64,000 nucleotides of DNA, taken from contig JAFAIM010000088.1 of assembly GCA_019236735.1 (NCBI GenBank), positions 3,427 through 67,426 on the forward strand, read 5' to 3'. The DNA is from Burkholderiaceae bacterium. Lineage in GTDB: Bacteria > Pseudomonadota > Gammaproteobacteria > Burkholderiales > Burkholderiaceae_F. Shown in pieces: positions 37,557 through 45,791 of the stretch. Made by a program: the position numbers and the translations under genes. The notes beneath the pieces are model-generated. The model was given only the letters and a program-made list of their open reading frames with translations. It did no database searches and had not been told where the DNA came from. The stretch's first letter is position 1, and each line of letters begins with the position of its first letter.

Positions 37557-38357
37557 ATGGACCGTCCCTGCATTCGGCCGCCAAGTGCACTTCGAATCGT
37601 CACCGTCCCGTTGCTCGGGCTCATCCCGGTTTTTTTTTCGCCTTCCGCTAGCGCCCAAACCGTTCCGAACGCGGTGATTCAGCTCACAGCCTGCGTTTCC
37701 AATACACCCATTCAGTTCTGCCCCAACAATCAAACCACGGGAACAACGTTCGGTACGGTCAGCTCCGCTAGCGGTTCCTCTTCGTCTTCGGTCACCGCGA
37801 CCGGCGGCGCCAGCCCGACGATCAGTGCGAGCTTCTCCACCGGTGCGCAGGGTGGAAGCGCGGGCGCGTCAATCGTCTACTACTTCGAGGTGATCGGGAG
37901 TAGCGGGCCGGTCACAGTGGACTACGCCGCGAGCGGGAGCGTTTCGTCGGCTTCGACGGCGACCGTCGCGAACTACCAGATCGCCACGACGACCCTGCCC
38001 TTCGGGACGGTGTTGGCCTCGGCCACCACGAGCACCAGCAATCCGTCCTTCAGCGTCAGTTCGTCGCTTTCGCTGCAAACCAACACCGTGTACGACGAGA
38101 TAATGGGCGCCAGCGCAGGTGGCATTGGGACCGGCTCGGCAACACTCGATCCGACGCTCAGCCTTACGCCCGGCGAGATCGCTGCCGGGGATCAGCTGGT
38201 TCTGAGCCCGAACGCTGTTCCTGAGCCTTCCACCCTCCTCTTCCTGGGTGCCGGGGTGGGCGCTTTGGCGTTTTTGCGCGTCGCGAAGAAACGCGCAATT
38301 CCGGCTGACGTGCCGATCGTCGACGAGCCGATCGTGGACGAGATGCCACGCAGCTGA
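37557..38357 (+). CDS. PEP-CTERM sorting-signal protein, Ser/Thr-rich
   Basis: Signal peptide ending ASAQ. VPEPSTLLFLGAGVGALAFLRVAKKR motif followed by 20 extra residues. Confidence 0.7.
   Translation: MDRPCIRPPSALRIVTVPLLGLIPVFFSPSASAQTVPNAVIQLTACVSNTPIQFCPNNQTTGTTFGTVSSASGSSSSSVTATGGASPTISASFSTGAQGGSAGASIVYYFEVIGSSGPVTVDYAASGSVSSASTATVANYQIATTTLPFGTVLASATTSTSNPSFSVSSSLSLQTNTVYDEIMGASAGGIGTGSATLDPTLSLTPGEIAAGDQLVLSPNAVPEPSTLLFLGAGVGALAFLRVAKKRAIPADVPIVDEPIVDEMPRS
37630..37638 (+). repeat. T9 homopolymer inside the PEP-CTERM gene signal-peptide region
   Basis: ggt ttttttttcg read directly from the sequence. Confidence 0.9.
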
Positions 38358-38500
38358 ATGCGCGCCTGCCCAGGCGAGAACTCCACCGTCGACAATCCCG
38401 GCTCCTCGTTCGCAATATCCTCGTCATTGCACCAACTCGTCATTGCACCATAGTGCGAGGAAGACGAGCCGTGGAGAGGCCTTTGAACAGGAGACTGGGC

Positions 38501-38863
38501 TCAGGACCCCAACAAGCTCTCGGCAGGAATCTGCAGCTCTTTGTGTAGCCGGCGCACCATCGCCATCGTCAGCGGCCGGCGCCCCGCCAGCACCTCGTAG
38601 ACCCGATTCAGCCTGCCGATCATCGGCTTCAGATCGCGCGGCGTAAGCCCTTGCTGTTCCATACGGAACTTGATCGCTTCGATCGGATCCGGCGCCTCGA
38701 TCGGAAAGTGCTTGCGCTCGTACGCCTCGATGAGCGTCACCAGCACATCGAACCGATCGCCCTCGGGCGTGCCAGGTTCCGGCTCGTTGTCGAACATCGG
38801 AGAAACTTCGGCCAGCGCAGCCTGATAGTCTGCCCGGGTCCGAATCGGTCGAATCGGCTTCAC
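38501..38863 (-). CDS. higA: HigA-family (XRE HTH) antitoxin
   Basis: MKPIRPIRTRADYQAALAEV...EAIKFRMEQQGLTPRDL...LTMAMVRRLHKELQIPAESLL. GTG start overlaps the stop of the higB remnant (GTGA). Confidence 0.7.
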   Translation of the reverse strand: MKPIRPIRTRADYQAALAEVSPMFDNEPEPGTPEGDRFDVLVTLIEAYERKHFPIEAPDPIEAIKFRMEQQGLTPRDLKPMIGRLNRVYEVLAGRRPLTMAMVRRLHKELQIPAESLLGS

Positions 38864-38979
38864 GGCATCTCCACAGTATTGGCATCAATGCGATCGTACT
38901 CGCGATGCGTGCCGATGAACTTCACGTACACGGCCCCGAATCGATACGCAACGGCGACGACCAACCGGGCGGAGCCATT
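38860..38979 (-). pseudogene. higB: higB toxin remnant (C-terminal 39 codons only)
   Basis: Reverse translation gives NGSARLVVAVAYRFGAVYVKFIGTHREYDRIDANTVEMP*. An in-frame TGA lies immediately upstream at 38980-38982. Confidence 0.7.
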
Positions 38980-39007
38980 TCAGGTTCGCGCCACACTGAA
39001 GCTTCAG

Positions 39008-40003
39008 CTACAGAAGAAACAAGGACGTTCGTTGAACCAGCCAGAACGCCGCGCAGGTGCCGATGGCGTAAGGGGGCACCAGCTCTGCCCATTGAGGAAT
39101 CGAAATTCTGACACGCCGTACCAGAGCAATCAGGAGCAACACGGCTCCGATGAACAGAAAGTGGCCGGTCTCGACACCGATGCTGAAAAACAGCAGCGCC
39201 GTCGGAATATGGTTCACCGGCAGCCCTGCCTCGCTCAACCCTCCGGCGAAGCCCAAACCATGCACCAGTCCGAAGATGAGGGCCACGAGCCATGGATAGC
39301 GGGAAGTAAGGGTCGGCTCGCCGCGGTCCATTCTGATGATCTCCGCAGCAACCAGGACAATGCTGAGTGCGATGACCGCTTCGACCGGGCGCTGTGGGAC
39401 GTGCACCCATCCGAGCGAAGCGGCGGTCAGGGTCAGGCTGTGTGACGCGGTAAAGGCGGTGACCGTTTTCACCAGTCTCCAGCCGCCTTTCGTGATGATC
39501 AGCAGTGCGAGCACGAAGAGGAGATGATCGATTCCCCCGAGGATGTGCTCGATGCCAAGCACCGTATAAGTGCGAGCCACCTCCAGCCTGTGTGGCGCGG
39601 CCTCCACGACCAACGCTGGGGAGGCTGGAAGGAGCCGTGCGGTCTGGGTCGTGCCGTCCAGGTGCTCGATTCGCACCAGAACGTCGGTCATGGTTGCATC
39701 GAGTCCCTCGATGCGAATCGTGCCTCCGGTCAACCCGCGGTGACAGCTGACGCTCCTCTGCTCGAAATAAGTATTGCTGAGCATCGAAGCGCGCGGCTCG
39801 GTCGTATCGATGCAACCTTCCGGTAGTCGTACATAGATCCCGAGACGCATGTTTTCGCCGCGACCGGGTACCTTCCACAGAAGGTCATACGTCGAGGAAG
39901 ACGTCTGCCGCAGTTCCAGGTAAGCCGGCCGCATCTCATGAGCATTTGCGCTGGAACTGAAGGCGCCCAGCAGGACGAGCAGCGATAGAAGCGCGCGCTT
40001 CAT
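39008..40003 (-). CDS. HupE/UreJ_2-family membrane protein
   Basis: Signal peptide, periplasmic N-domain, then HILGGIDHLLFVLALL and further TM helices. Confidence 0.7.
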   Translation of the reverse strand: MKRALLSLLVLLGAFSSSANAHEMRPAYLELRQTSSSTYDLLWKVPGRGENMRLGIYVRLPEGCIDTTEPRASMLSNTYFEQRSVSCHRGLTGGTIRIEGLDATMTDVLVRIEHLDGTTQTARLLPASPALVVEAAPHRLEVARTYTVLGIEHILGGIDHLLFVLALLIITKGGWRLVKTVTAFTASHSLTLTAASLGWVHVPQRPVEAVIALSIVLVAAEIIRMDRGEPTLTSRYPWLVALIFGLVHGLGFAGGLSEAGLPVNHIPTALLFFSIGVETGHFLFIGAVLLLIALVRRVRISIPQWAELVPPYAIGTCAAFWLVQRTSLFLL

Positions 40004-40887
40004 TTCACCGCCATGTCCTTGGTCTGCATGGGCGGCGGTGCCGACTCGAACTTCACCGTGTAGCGGTCATTTAGCAACTCCTGATAGAGCTTGTCGTTCA
40101 TCTCCAGGCGTCGAGCATTGACCCACTCCCGGCGCACCGTGTCGCGGACATCAGCAAGCGCCGGGAGGCGTCCTTCGGTTCGATCGCTGATCCTCACCAA
40201 ATGCACGCCGTAACCAGACCGTATGGGTCCCTGCCATTGGTTGAGCTTCAGCCCGGCCAACGCCTCGGCGAACGGCTGCCCGAATTGCCTGGCTACTTCG
40301 CTGGACGGGCTCGCAGAGAAGTGCTGCTCCAGCAGAAAGGCATCTCCCAGCTTCGAGATGTCCGCCTTTTCGTCGGCCCGCAAGCGCGCGAGCAGTTCGG
40401 TGGCGTCGCGAGAGAGATTCCGACCATGCTTGCCGGGATCGAGATACACCTGGCTGAACGTAAAGCTTGGCTCGGAACGGAACTTATCGGCGTGCGCTTT
40501 CAGGTACGCATCCAGGTCGGCGTCCGTCGGCTCTACCTGGGCAGCAAGGTCGTCGGAGATGAACTCGAACTTCTGCCGCAAGCGTCGCCGTATGACGGTA
40601 TCGTCCTGGCCGAGCTTGAGCGCGGTTGCCTCACGCACCGCGATTTCTTCGCGCACCCAATCGTCGATCAGGGCCTTCAGCTCGGCGTCGGTGGGGGGGC
40701 GCTGGAACGTGGTGGCGTAAACCGTCGCCAGGTGCTCGATCTGCGCTCGCGTTACGACGATCCTGCCCGGATCGGCGCTCTCACCCGGCTTGGATAACAG
40801 GCTGTAAGCGAGGAACAGCGCCGTTCCGAGCAGCAGAAAATGAAACAGCGGATCGCGCAGGAATTTCCTGATGGTCCAAGTCCCCAG
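40000..40887 (-). CDS. PpiC-type peptidyl-prolyl isomerase with N-terminal membrane anchor (start codon unresolved)
   Basis: Rotamase-like end (GPIRSGYGVHLVRI). The conserved TM helix FHFLLLGTALFLAYSLL lies upstream of the only canonical start (GTG 40656). The 5-prime end shown here is the in-frame CTG. Confidence 0.6.
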   Translation of the reverse strand: MGTWTIRKFLRDPLFHFLLLGTALFLAYSLLSKPGESADPGRIVVTRAQIEHLATVYATTFQRPPTDAELKALIDDWVREEIAVREATALKLGQDDTVIRRRLRQKFEFISDDLAAQVEPTDADLDAYLKAHADKFRSEPSFTFSQVYLDPGKHGRNLSRDATELLARLRADEKADISKLGDAFLLEQHFSASPSSEVARQFGQPFAEALAGLKLNQWQGPIRSGYGVHLVRISDRTEGRLPALADVRDTVRREWVNARRLEMNDKLYQELLNDRYTVKFESAPPPMQTKDMAVK

Positions 40888-40896
40888 CGATTGTCG

Positions 40897-42789
40897 TCAG
40901 GATGTGTACCAGATCGGCGACGTGTAAGCGCGATTCTGGATGCTCGATGGCACGTCGGTGGGCAGCTTCACGCCGAATACCTTCGCGTCGTAAGTCGTCC
41001 AGCGCGGTGTCGGTATCTCCAGCACGCGCACGTAGTAGAACGCGCGCTCCTTGGGATTGAAGTTCGGATCCTTGAAGTAGCCGGACAGAAACGGTGCACC
41101 GATCGAGTTGCTGTAGGTCGCCTCCTGCACGTTGACCGTATTGCCGACCGGGGACAGCTTGCCTTTGCCGTCGGGTTTGCGACTGCCAGACCAGGCCACG
41201 TCGTACACCTTCTCGTGCGTCTTGCCGGTCGCATCGAGCCAGCCCTTGATGACCTGGATCCGGTCAAGGTTCGCTCCGTCAACGTCACGTACCGCGCGGA
41301 TCAGGAAAGCTGGAGCCTTTCCGGCCGGTGCGTTGCGCAGGTCGCCACCCATCGGCACGCCGCCCTTGTAGCCGTATTCGGCGAAGTTCGAGCGATCAAG
41401 ATCCTTGGCCGTGAAATCGAATCCGCCGAACACGCGCACCAGCAGCCGACTGCCCGTGGTCGCGTAAACCTCCTTGCGCGCCATCGCGTCCCACAGTGCC
41501 TCGCGCGAATTATCGCGTGCCCAGACCGCAGCCAGCCCCGATGCACTGGTTTCGCGCGCGGTGAGCTGCGTCTTGGGGTCGCGCCCGGGCGGAAAGCGGC
41601 CGGCAATGACCTCGTCGAACCGGATCGGGTCCGCCGTCGGCTCCAAGGGCGCGACTTTGCCGAAGAAGTTATCAAAGCTCGTCGTGGACAGAGCCGTATG
41701 CGAGTCGGTCGAACCGATCAGGCCGAACTTGAACGGATTGGCGCCAAGCTTTGCTTCGTACGCCAGGCCTCGCTTCAATGCTTCACGCGTGTATTCGCGA
41801 GGCAGCATATCGGGCTTCTTCAATTCCGGGCCGAAGCTCCCCTTGTCCCAGCGCTCGAAGTTCGCAAACTCATCGTTCGGAGAAAGTGCTGGATGCGTTT
41901 CCCCATCGCCTTTCATCTGAGTCGTCTCGTAGATCGGCTCCCATTTCATCCGGCGCTCGGCGTAGTCGCGGTCGATCGGCTTTTTCGTCGTCAGCGTCAG
42001 GTCGTCGAACATCAGGCCGTTGGACAGGTTGCCGTTATGCGGGATCGCCAGCGCACGTCCGCCGGTTTTCTTTTCGTATGCGGCCATCCACTTCCACAGT
42101 TCCTCCGGGTCCTCGGTGTCGTATTGGGAAATCGGGACGATCTGATCGGCTTTGTCCTTGCCGTCGCGGAAGATGACGTTGCGGTGCAGGTTGTTGCCGT
42201 TGGGCGTAGAGGTCCACTCGAAGCCGATAAACGCAGTGAAACGTCCCGGTTCGTTGTATTTCTCGGCGGCGGCGGTGATGCGCTGCCACATCGACGACGC
42301 GACACCTCCGAGGTCCTTTAGTGGGTCCTTCCTCGCCATCATTTCGGTCCCCCACATGTTGTAAGCCTGAAAGCCCTCGCCCGCCTTGACGAGGTCGTGG
42401 ATCTTGCGGCCCCAGGGCGATTTGAGCAGCTCGGGATTGGACTCCGCGATCAGCGGCGCAAGCCCGAGGTTCTCGGCGTGGTCGGACACGACCAGGAAGT
42501 CGAGCGGCCGTTCTAGCTTGACCGGCAGGCCATGGCTGGACTTCACCTCTTCGCCGCGCGCGAACCGGTAAGCCTCCTCTGGCCCGAGCACGCATCCGAT
42601 CATGCCGGCGTCCGTGGAATAGGACGTATGCAGGTGGGTGTCGCCGAAAAAGACGCGATTCGGGAACGTCTGCTTCGGATACGGCGAGTACTCGATCGGG
42701 TGATCCGGCGGTGCGGGGGTGTCTTGAGCCAATGCGCTCATCGCAGGGCATAGGGCGCCCAACATCAGCACTGTCTTGATCGCTTTCAT
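40897..42789 (-). CDS. secreted DUF3604-family (PHP-like) metalloprotein
   Basis: ATG 42789 preceded by GGAGAGGAAAC. Signal peptide MKAIKTVLMLGALCPAMSALA. FGDTHLHTSYSTDA His cluster and C-terminal SPIWY. 630 aa. Confidence 0.75.
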   Translation of the reverse strand: MKAIKTVLMLGALCPAMSALAQDTPAPPDHPIEYSPYPKQTFPNRVFFGDTHLHTSYSTDAGMIGCVLGPEEAYRFARGEEVKSSHGLPVKLERPLDFLVVSDHAENLGLAPLIAESNPELLKSPWGRKIHDLVKAGEGFQAYNMWGTEMMARKDPLKDLGGVASSMWQRITAAAEKYNEPGRFTAFIGFEWTSTPNGNNLHRNVIFRDGKDKADQIVPISQYDTEDPEELWKWMAAYEKKTGGRALAIPHNGNLSNGLMFDDLTLTTKKPIDRDYAERRMKWEPIYETTQMKGDGETHPALSPNDEFANFERWDKGSFGPELKKPDMLPREYTREALKRGLAYEAKLGANPFKFGLIGSTDSHTALSTTSFDNFFGKVAPLEPTADPIRFDEVIAGRFPPGRDPKTQLTARETSASGLAAVWARDNSREALWDAMARKEVYATTGSRLLVRVFGGFDFTAKDLDRSNFAEYGYKGGVPMGGDLRNAPAGKAPAFLIRAVRDVDGANLDRIQVIKGWLDATGKTHEKVYDVAWSGSRKPDGKGKLSPVGNTVNVQEATYSNSIGAPFLSGYFKDPNFNPKERAFYYVRVLEIPTPRWTTYDAKVFGVKLPTDVPSSIQNRAYTSPIWYTS

Positions 42790-43243
42790 GTTGTTTCCTC
42801 TCCGCCTCTCGATCATGTGACTACGGTTCGGTCCCCAAAGCGGCGGGAATTCTAATTGTCGATGCCGTGCTCGTGAATACCGCACTTCGAGACCGTCTGG
42901 AGGCAAGCCTGGCGCGCCGTGTCGCGAGTTCAGCGGACTACGTGTGGGCTCGTTGAGAAGATCCGATCTGCATCGCGCCGCGCAACTTTCCTCTGTTACG
43001 CGATTGCAACAAAGAGGGATCGCGAAGAGGATTCTCGCGAGTTCGACGCCGCCGCTCGCTAGCGCAGTGCGACCCGGCCCAGCGTGCTCAAGGCGAAAAT
43101 GCTGCAAGACGGCCTCAGCGGGCGCAACCGAGGTGGACCATACTGTGCAGCATTTGGGTGCCGAAAGTGAGCCGGAGTCGCGGCAATGTCCGAGCTGGCC
43201 GCAGTTCCGTCGGCCACGCGAATAGGCAAACGCCGTGATTTGA

Positions 43244-43342
43244 GCGAGCTCTTCAGGGATTGCGGGATTCGCAATGGTGCGCACCTACACGCACTTGGCT
43301 GCGCTCGATCTGCTGGAGCACGCAAACGCGATCCGGCTGCCG
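43244..43342 (+). pseudogene. tyrosine-recombinase (integrase) C-terminal remnant
   Basis: SSSGIAGFAMVRTYTHLAALDLLEHANAIRLP resembles the integrase RYxHL catalytic-Tyr end. It faces the tRNA-His fragment about 85 nt downstream. Confidence 0.4.
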
Positions 43343-43425
43343 GCCGCCGCGCTATCCCCGGGTACAAATTCGTCCACAGTGGCGACCGCGGGCGATGGGG
43401 AAGACAAGCAAGTGCTTGATGTAGC

Positions 43426-43472
43426 TGGGGTGGACGATGGGATTCGAACCCACAACAACCGGAATCACAAGG
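43426..43472 (-). repeat. 3-prime half of tRNA-His(GUG), copy 1 (att-like direct repeat; not a complete tRNA)
   Basis: The reverse complement reads ccTTGTGATTCCGGTTGTTGTGGGTTCGAATCCCATCGTCCACCCCA. This covers anticodon loop with GTG, T-arm GTGGG-TTCGAAT-CCCAT, acceptor strand, discriminator C and CCA. No 5-prime half is adjacent. Confidence 0.8.
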
Positions 43473-43682
43473 CATTTGTTCGATTCAATCGAGGACGTGC
43501 GTCAGATCACCGACGACTGGCTCCTCCGTTACAACGAAATCAGGCCGCATGACGCGCTGGGAAGCCTGCCGCCGGCGCGATTCCGCGAGCAACTGCTCGC
43601 AGCGGAAATCCCACTTTGCAACGTCTACTTGACGGGGGAGCTTACCGCCCCAAGATTGTCGAAAATCATGGTATGTTGGTAG
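43473..43682 (+). mobile_element. IS3-family transposase C-terminal fragment
   Basis: HLFDSIEDVRQITDDWLLRYNEIRPHDALGSLPPARF is the conserved end of a DDE integrase-core transposase. It starts exactly at the tRNA-fragment boundary. Confidence 0.65.
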
Positions 43683-43973
43683 GGTGGTCGCGGCTGGCGG
43701 GATCGGCAACGCTCGAGGCCACGAGCGGCGCCGCGCTGCACCTATACCAAAATGCGGCGGCGAATATTGGACTTTGGTCCCATTGGCGAGCTCGACCGTG
43801 CCGGAAGCGCGTTACCGCAAGCGCGGGCCGATGCATACGCAGGCTTCCAAGAGTTGCAGGGGCCACCGCAGGACGGGATTGGACCAAAGTCCTATTGCCT
43901 GCGCGACTAGCTGGGCCTAGAGGCTGCCCGAGTGCTCAAGCCCAGGTGCGTACTCTTGAGGGGAGGCTACGAG

Positions 43974-45398
43974 ATGCGCGCTGTGAGTATGAGCAAGTCC
44001 CTAATCATGCGGATGTTCGCGCTCGGCCTGCCCTCCCTGGCCGCCACGGCCCCGGCTCTCGCACAGCCGGTCGAAGTGCCACCGACCTGGGGCGGGGATT
44101 TTTGGTCCAGAACACGGGCGACCGGAAGTTGGGGCGGGGTTCGCGATGAGCTCGGGAAGAAGGGCGTCGTGTTCGACGCGGATCTGCTCCTGACCCCTCA
44201 GGACGTCGTGAGCGGCGGTCGCAGTACCGGCGCCGAATTCTGGGGCAATGCGGATTTAACGCTCAATATCGACACCGGCAAACTGGGCCTGTGGCCGGGT
44301 GGCTTTTTCAAGCTCTCCTCCGACAGTGGCTTCGGGACCAACGCGTACAGTAATTCCGGTGCCATCGTGCCGGTAAACTCCGCCGCCCTGATACCCGCGC
44401 CCAACGACCGGACTACCGCGCTCATGAACGCGACCTTCATGCAGTTCCTGAGCACCAAATTCGGTCTGTTCCTCGGCAAGATCAATACGTTGGATTTAGC
44501 CAAACAAGAGTTCTACGGCGATTACAGCACCCAGTTCCAGAACACTGCGTTCCTCACACCGATGACCCTCCAACAGGTTCCGCTCTCGGCGTTCGGTGGC
44601 GGCGTTATCGGGTTGCCGACGGAGGACATCATTCTGTCGGTCGTGGCGTTGGACCCGAGCGGGACGCCAACCAGCAATGACCTCGGCAATGCGTTCAAGG
44701 ACGGCGCGATGGCCGTGGGTAGTGGACAGGTGACGATCAAGCCGTTCGGGCTCGTTGGCCATCAGAGTCTCGGATTCTCATGGAGCGACAAGGAACGTTT
44801 ATCGCTCAACCAGGATCGGACCAATATCGCCAGGTTTCTGCTGACTGAAAAGTTTCCCCGGCTTGGGAATCCCGGGCCGATCTTGGAGCGTATTCTCGCG
44901 CGATTCTTCCCGGGTCTGCTCGTCCCTGTCCAGCCGGCCAACCGTACGAGTCGCACCTGGTCCGCAAACTATTCCTTCGATCAGTACTTCTGGCAGCCCG
45001 AAGGCGACTCCAAGCATGGGATGGGCGCGTTCTTCGAGTTCGGCGCTTCCGACGGAAACCCGAACCCGATCAAATATGCATTCATTGTGGGGATCGGTGG
45101 CAAGGGAATGCTGCCGAGCCGCGGAGACGACAGCTTCGGCATTGCATTCGCGCATACCAAGTTCAGCAGCGAATTCCTTCCCTTCCTGCGTCAGCGACTC
45201 GATCTGGGCCTGGAGCATGAGAACGCGGTCGAGATGTACTACAACGCCTCGATCACAAAATCGCTCAGCGCAACCGGTGATCTCCAGATCGTCGATTCCG
45301 CCCTGAATAAGACGCTGGTCGAATCCAGCGTCCGCCCAAGTCTGACGAATGTCAGCACCGCCGTCGTGTTGGGACTCCGCCTTCGCGCCCGGTTCTAG
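43974..45398 (+). CDS. OprB-family carbohydrate-selective porin
   Basis: GGAGG 8 nt upstream of ATG 43974. Signal peptide ending ALAQP. Beta-strand-rich with a terminal RARF. Confidence 0.65.
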   Translation: MRAVSMSKSLIMRMFALGLPSLAATAPALAQPVEVPPTWGGDFWSRTRATGSWGGVRDELGKKGVVFDADLLLTPQDVVSGGRSTGAEFWGNADLTLNIDTGKLGLWPGGFFKLSSDSGFGTNAYSNSGAIVPVNSAALIPAPNDRTTALMNATFMQFLSTKFGLFLGKINTLDLAKQEFYGDYSTQFQNTAFLTPMTLQQVPLSAFGGGVIGLPTEDIILSVVALDPSGTPTSNDLGNAFKDGAMAVGSGQVTIKPFGLVGHQSLGFSWSDKERLSLNQDRTNIARFLLTEKFPRLGNPGPILERILARFFPGLLVPVQPANRTSRTWSANYSFDQYFWQPEGDSKHGMGAFFEFGASDGNPNPIKYAFIVGIGGKGMLPSRGDDSFGIAFAHTKFSSEFLPFLRQRLDLGLEHENAVEMYYNASITKSLSATGDLQIVDSALNKTLVESSVRPSLTNVSTAVVLGLRLRARF

Positions 45399-45429
45399 CG
45401 CCGCTACGGAAAGCTCGCCTGGCCTCAAA

Positions 45430-45755
45430 CTCAAGGACCCTGATGACACCAATCTCGATCGTATCCAGGTCATCAAGGGCTGGACCAAGAGCGGCCAGAT
45501 ATTCGAAAAGGTCTACGATGTGGCAATCGCGTCCTCGAGCGTGGGGGATTGATCAAGGATGACCTGGTCCGTCGCGGTGACGCCCGGCTGGCGCCGGTCG
45601 GCAACACGGTCGATATCAAGAACGCGACCTACAAAAACACGATCGGCGCGGTTGAGCTCAAGACAGCGTGGACCGACCCGGACTTTGACCCAAGCTTGCA
45701 CGCGTTCTACTACGCGCGGGTGCTGCAAATACCCACGCCACGGTGGACGCGTTGA
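45430..45755 (+). pseudogene. C-terminal fragment of a second DUF3604 gene, frameshifted
   Basis: [28 protein letters not shown] is followed, in another frame, by [20 protein letters not shown]...[15 protein letters not shown]. Both parallel the end of 40897..42789. Confidence 0.7.
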
Positions 45756-45791
45756 GCGCGTGATGCGGCCTTACCTCGAAGCGCTCACCGC

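Noticed and set aside
40897-40899. TGA between DUF3604 and the PPIase as a selenocysteine codon
   Set aside because: No obvious SECIS-like hairpin immediately downstream. The DUF3604 protein ends with its normal family C-terminus (SPIWYTS). Kept only as a remote option in the finding.
40840-42321. 493-aa plus-strand ORF
   Set aside because: Antisense to the DUF3604 gene, which has a signal peptide, an RBS and conserved motifs.
43426-43500. Complete tRNA-His gene at either partial copy (also 47646..47720)
   Set aside because: Similarity stops in the anticodon loop. The expected complement of acceptor strand CGTCCAC and a D-arm are absent from the adjacent 80 nt at both sites.
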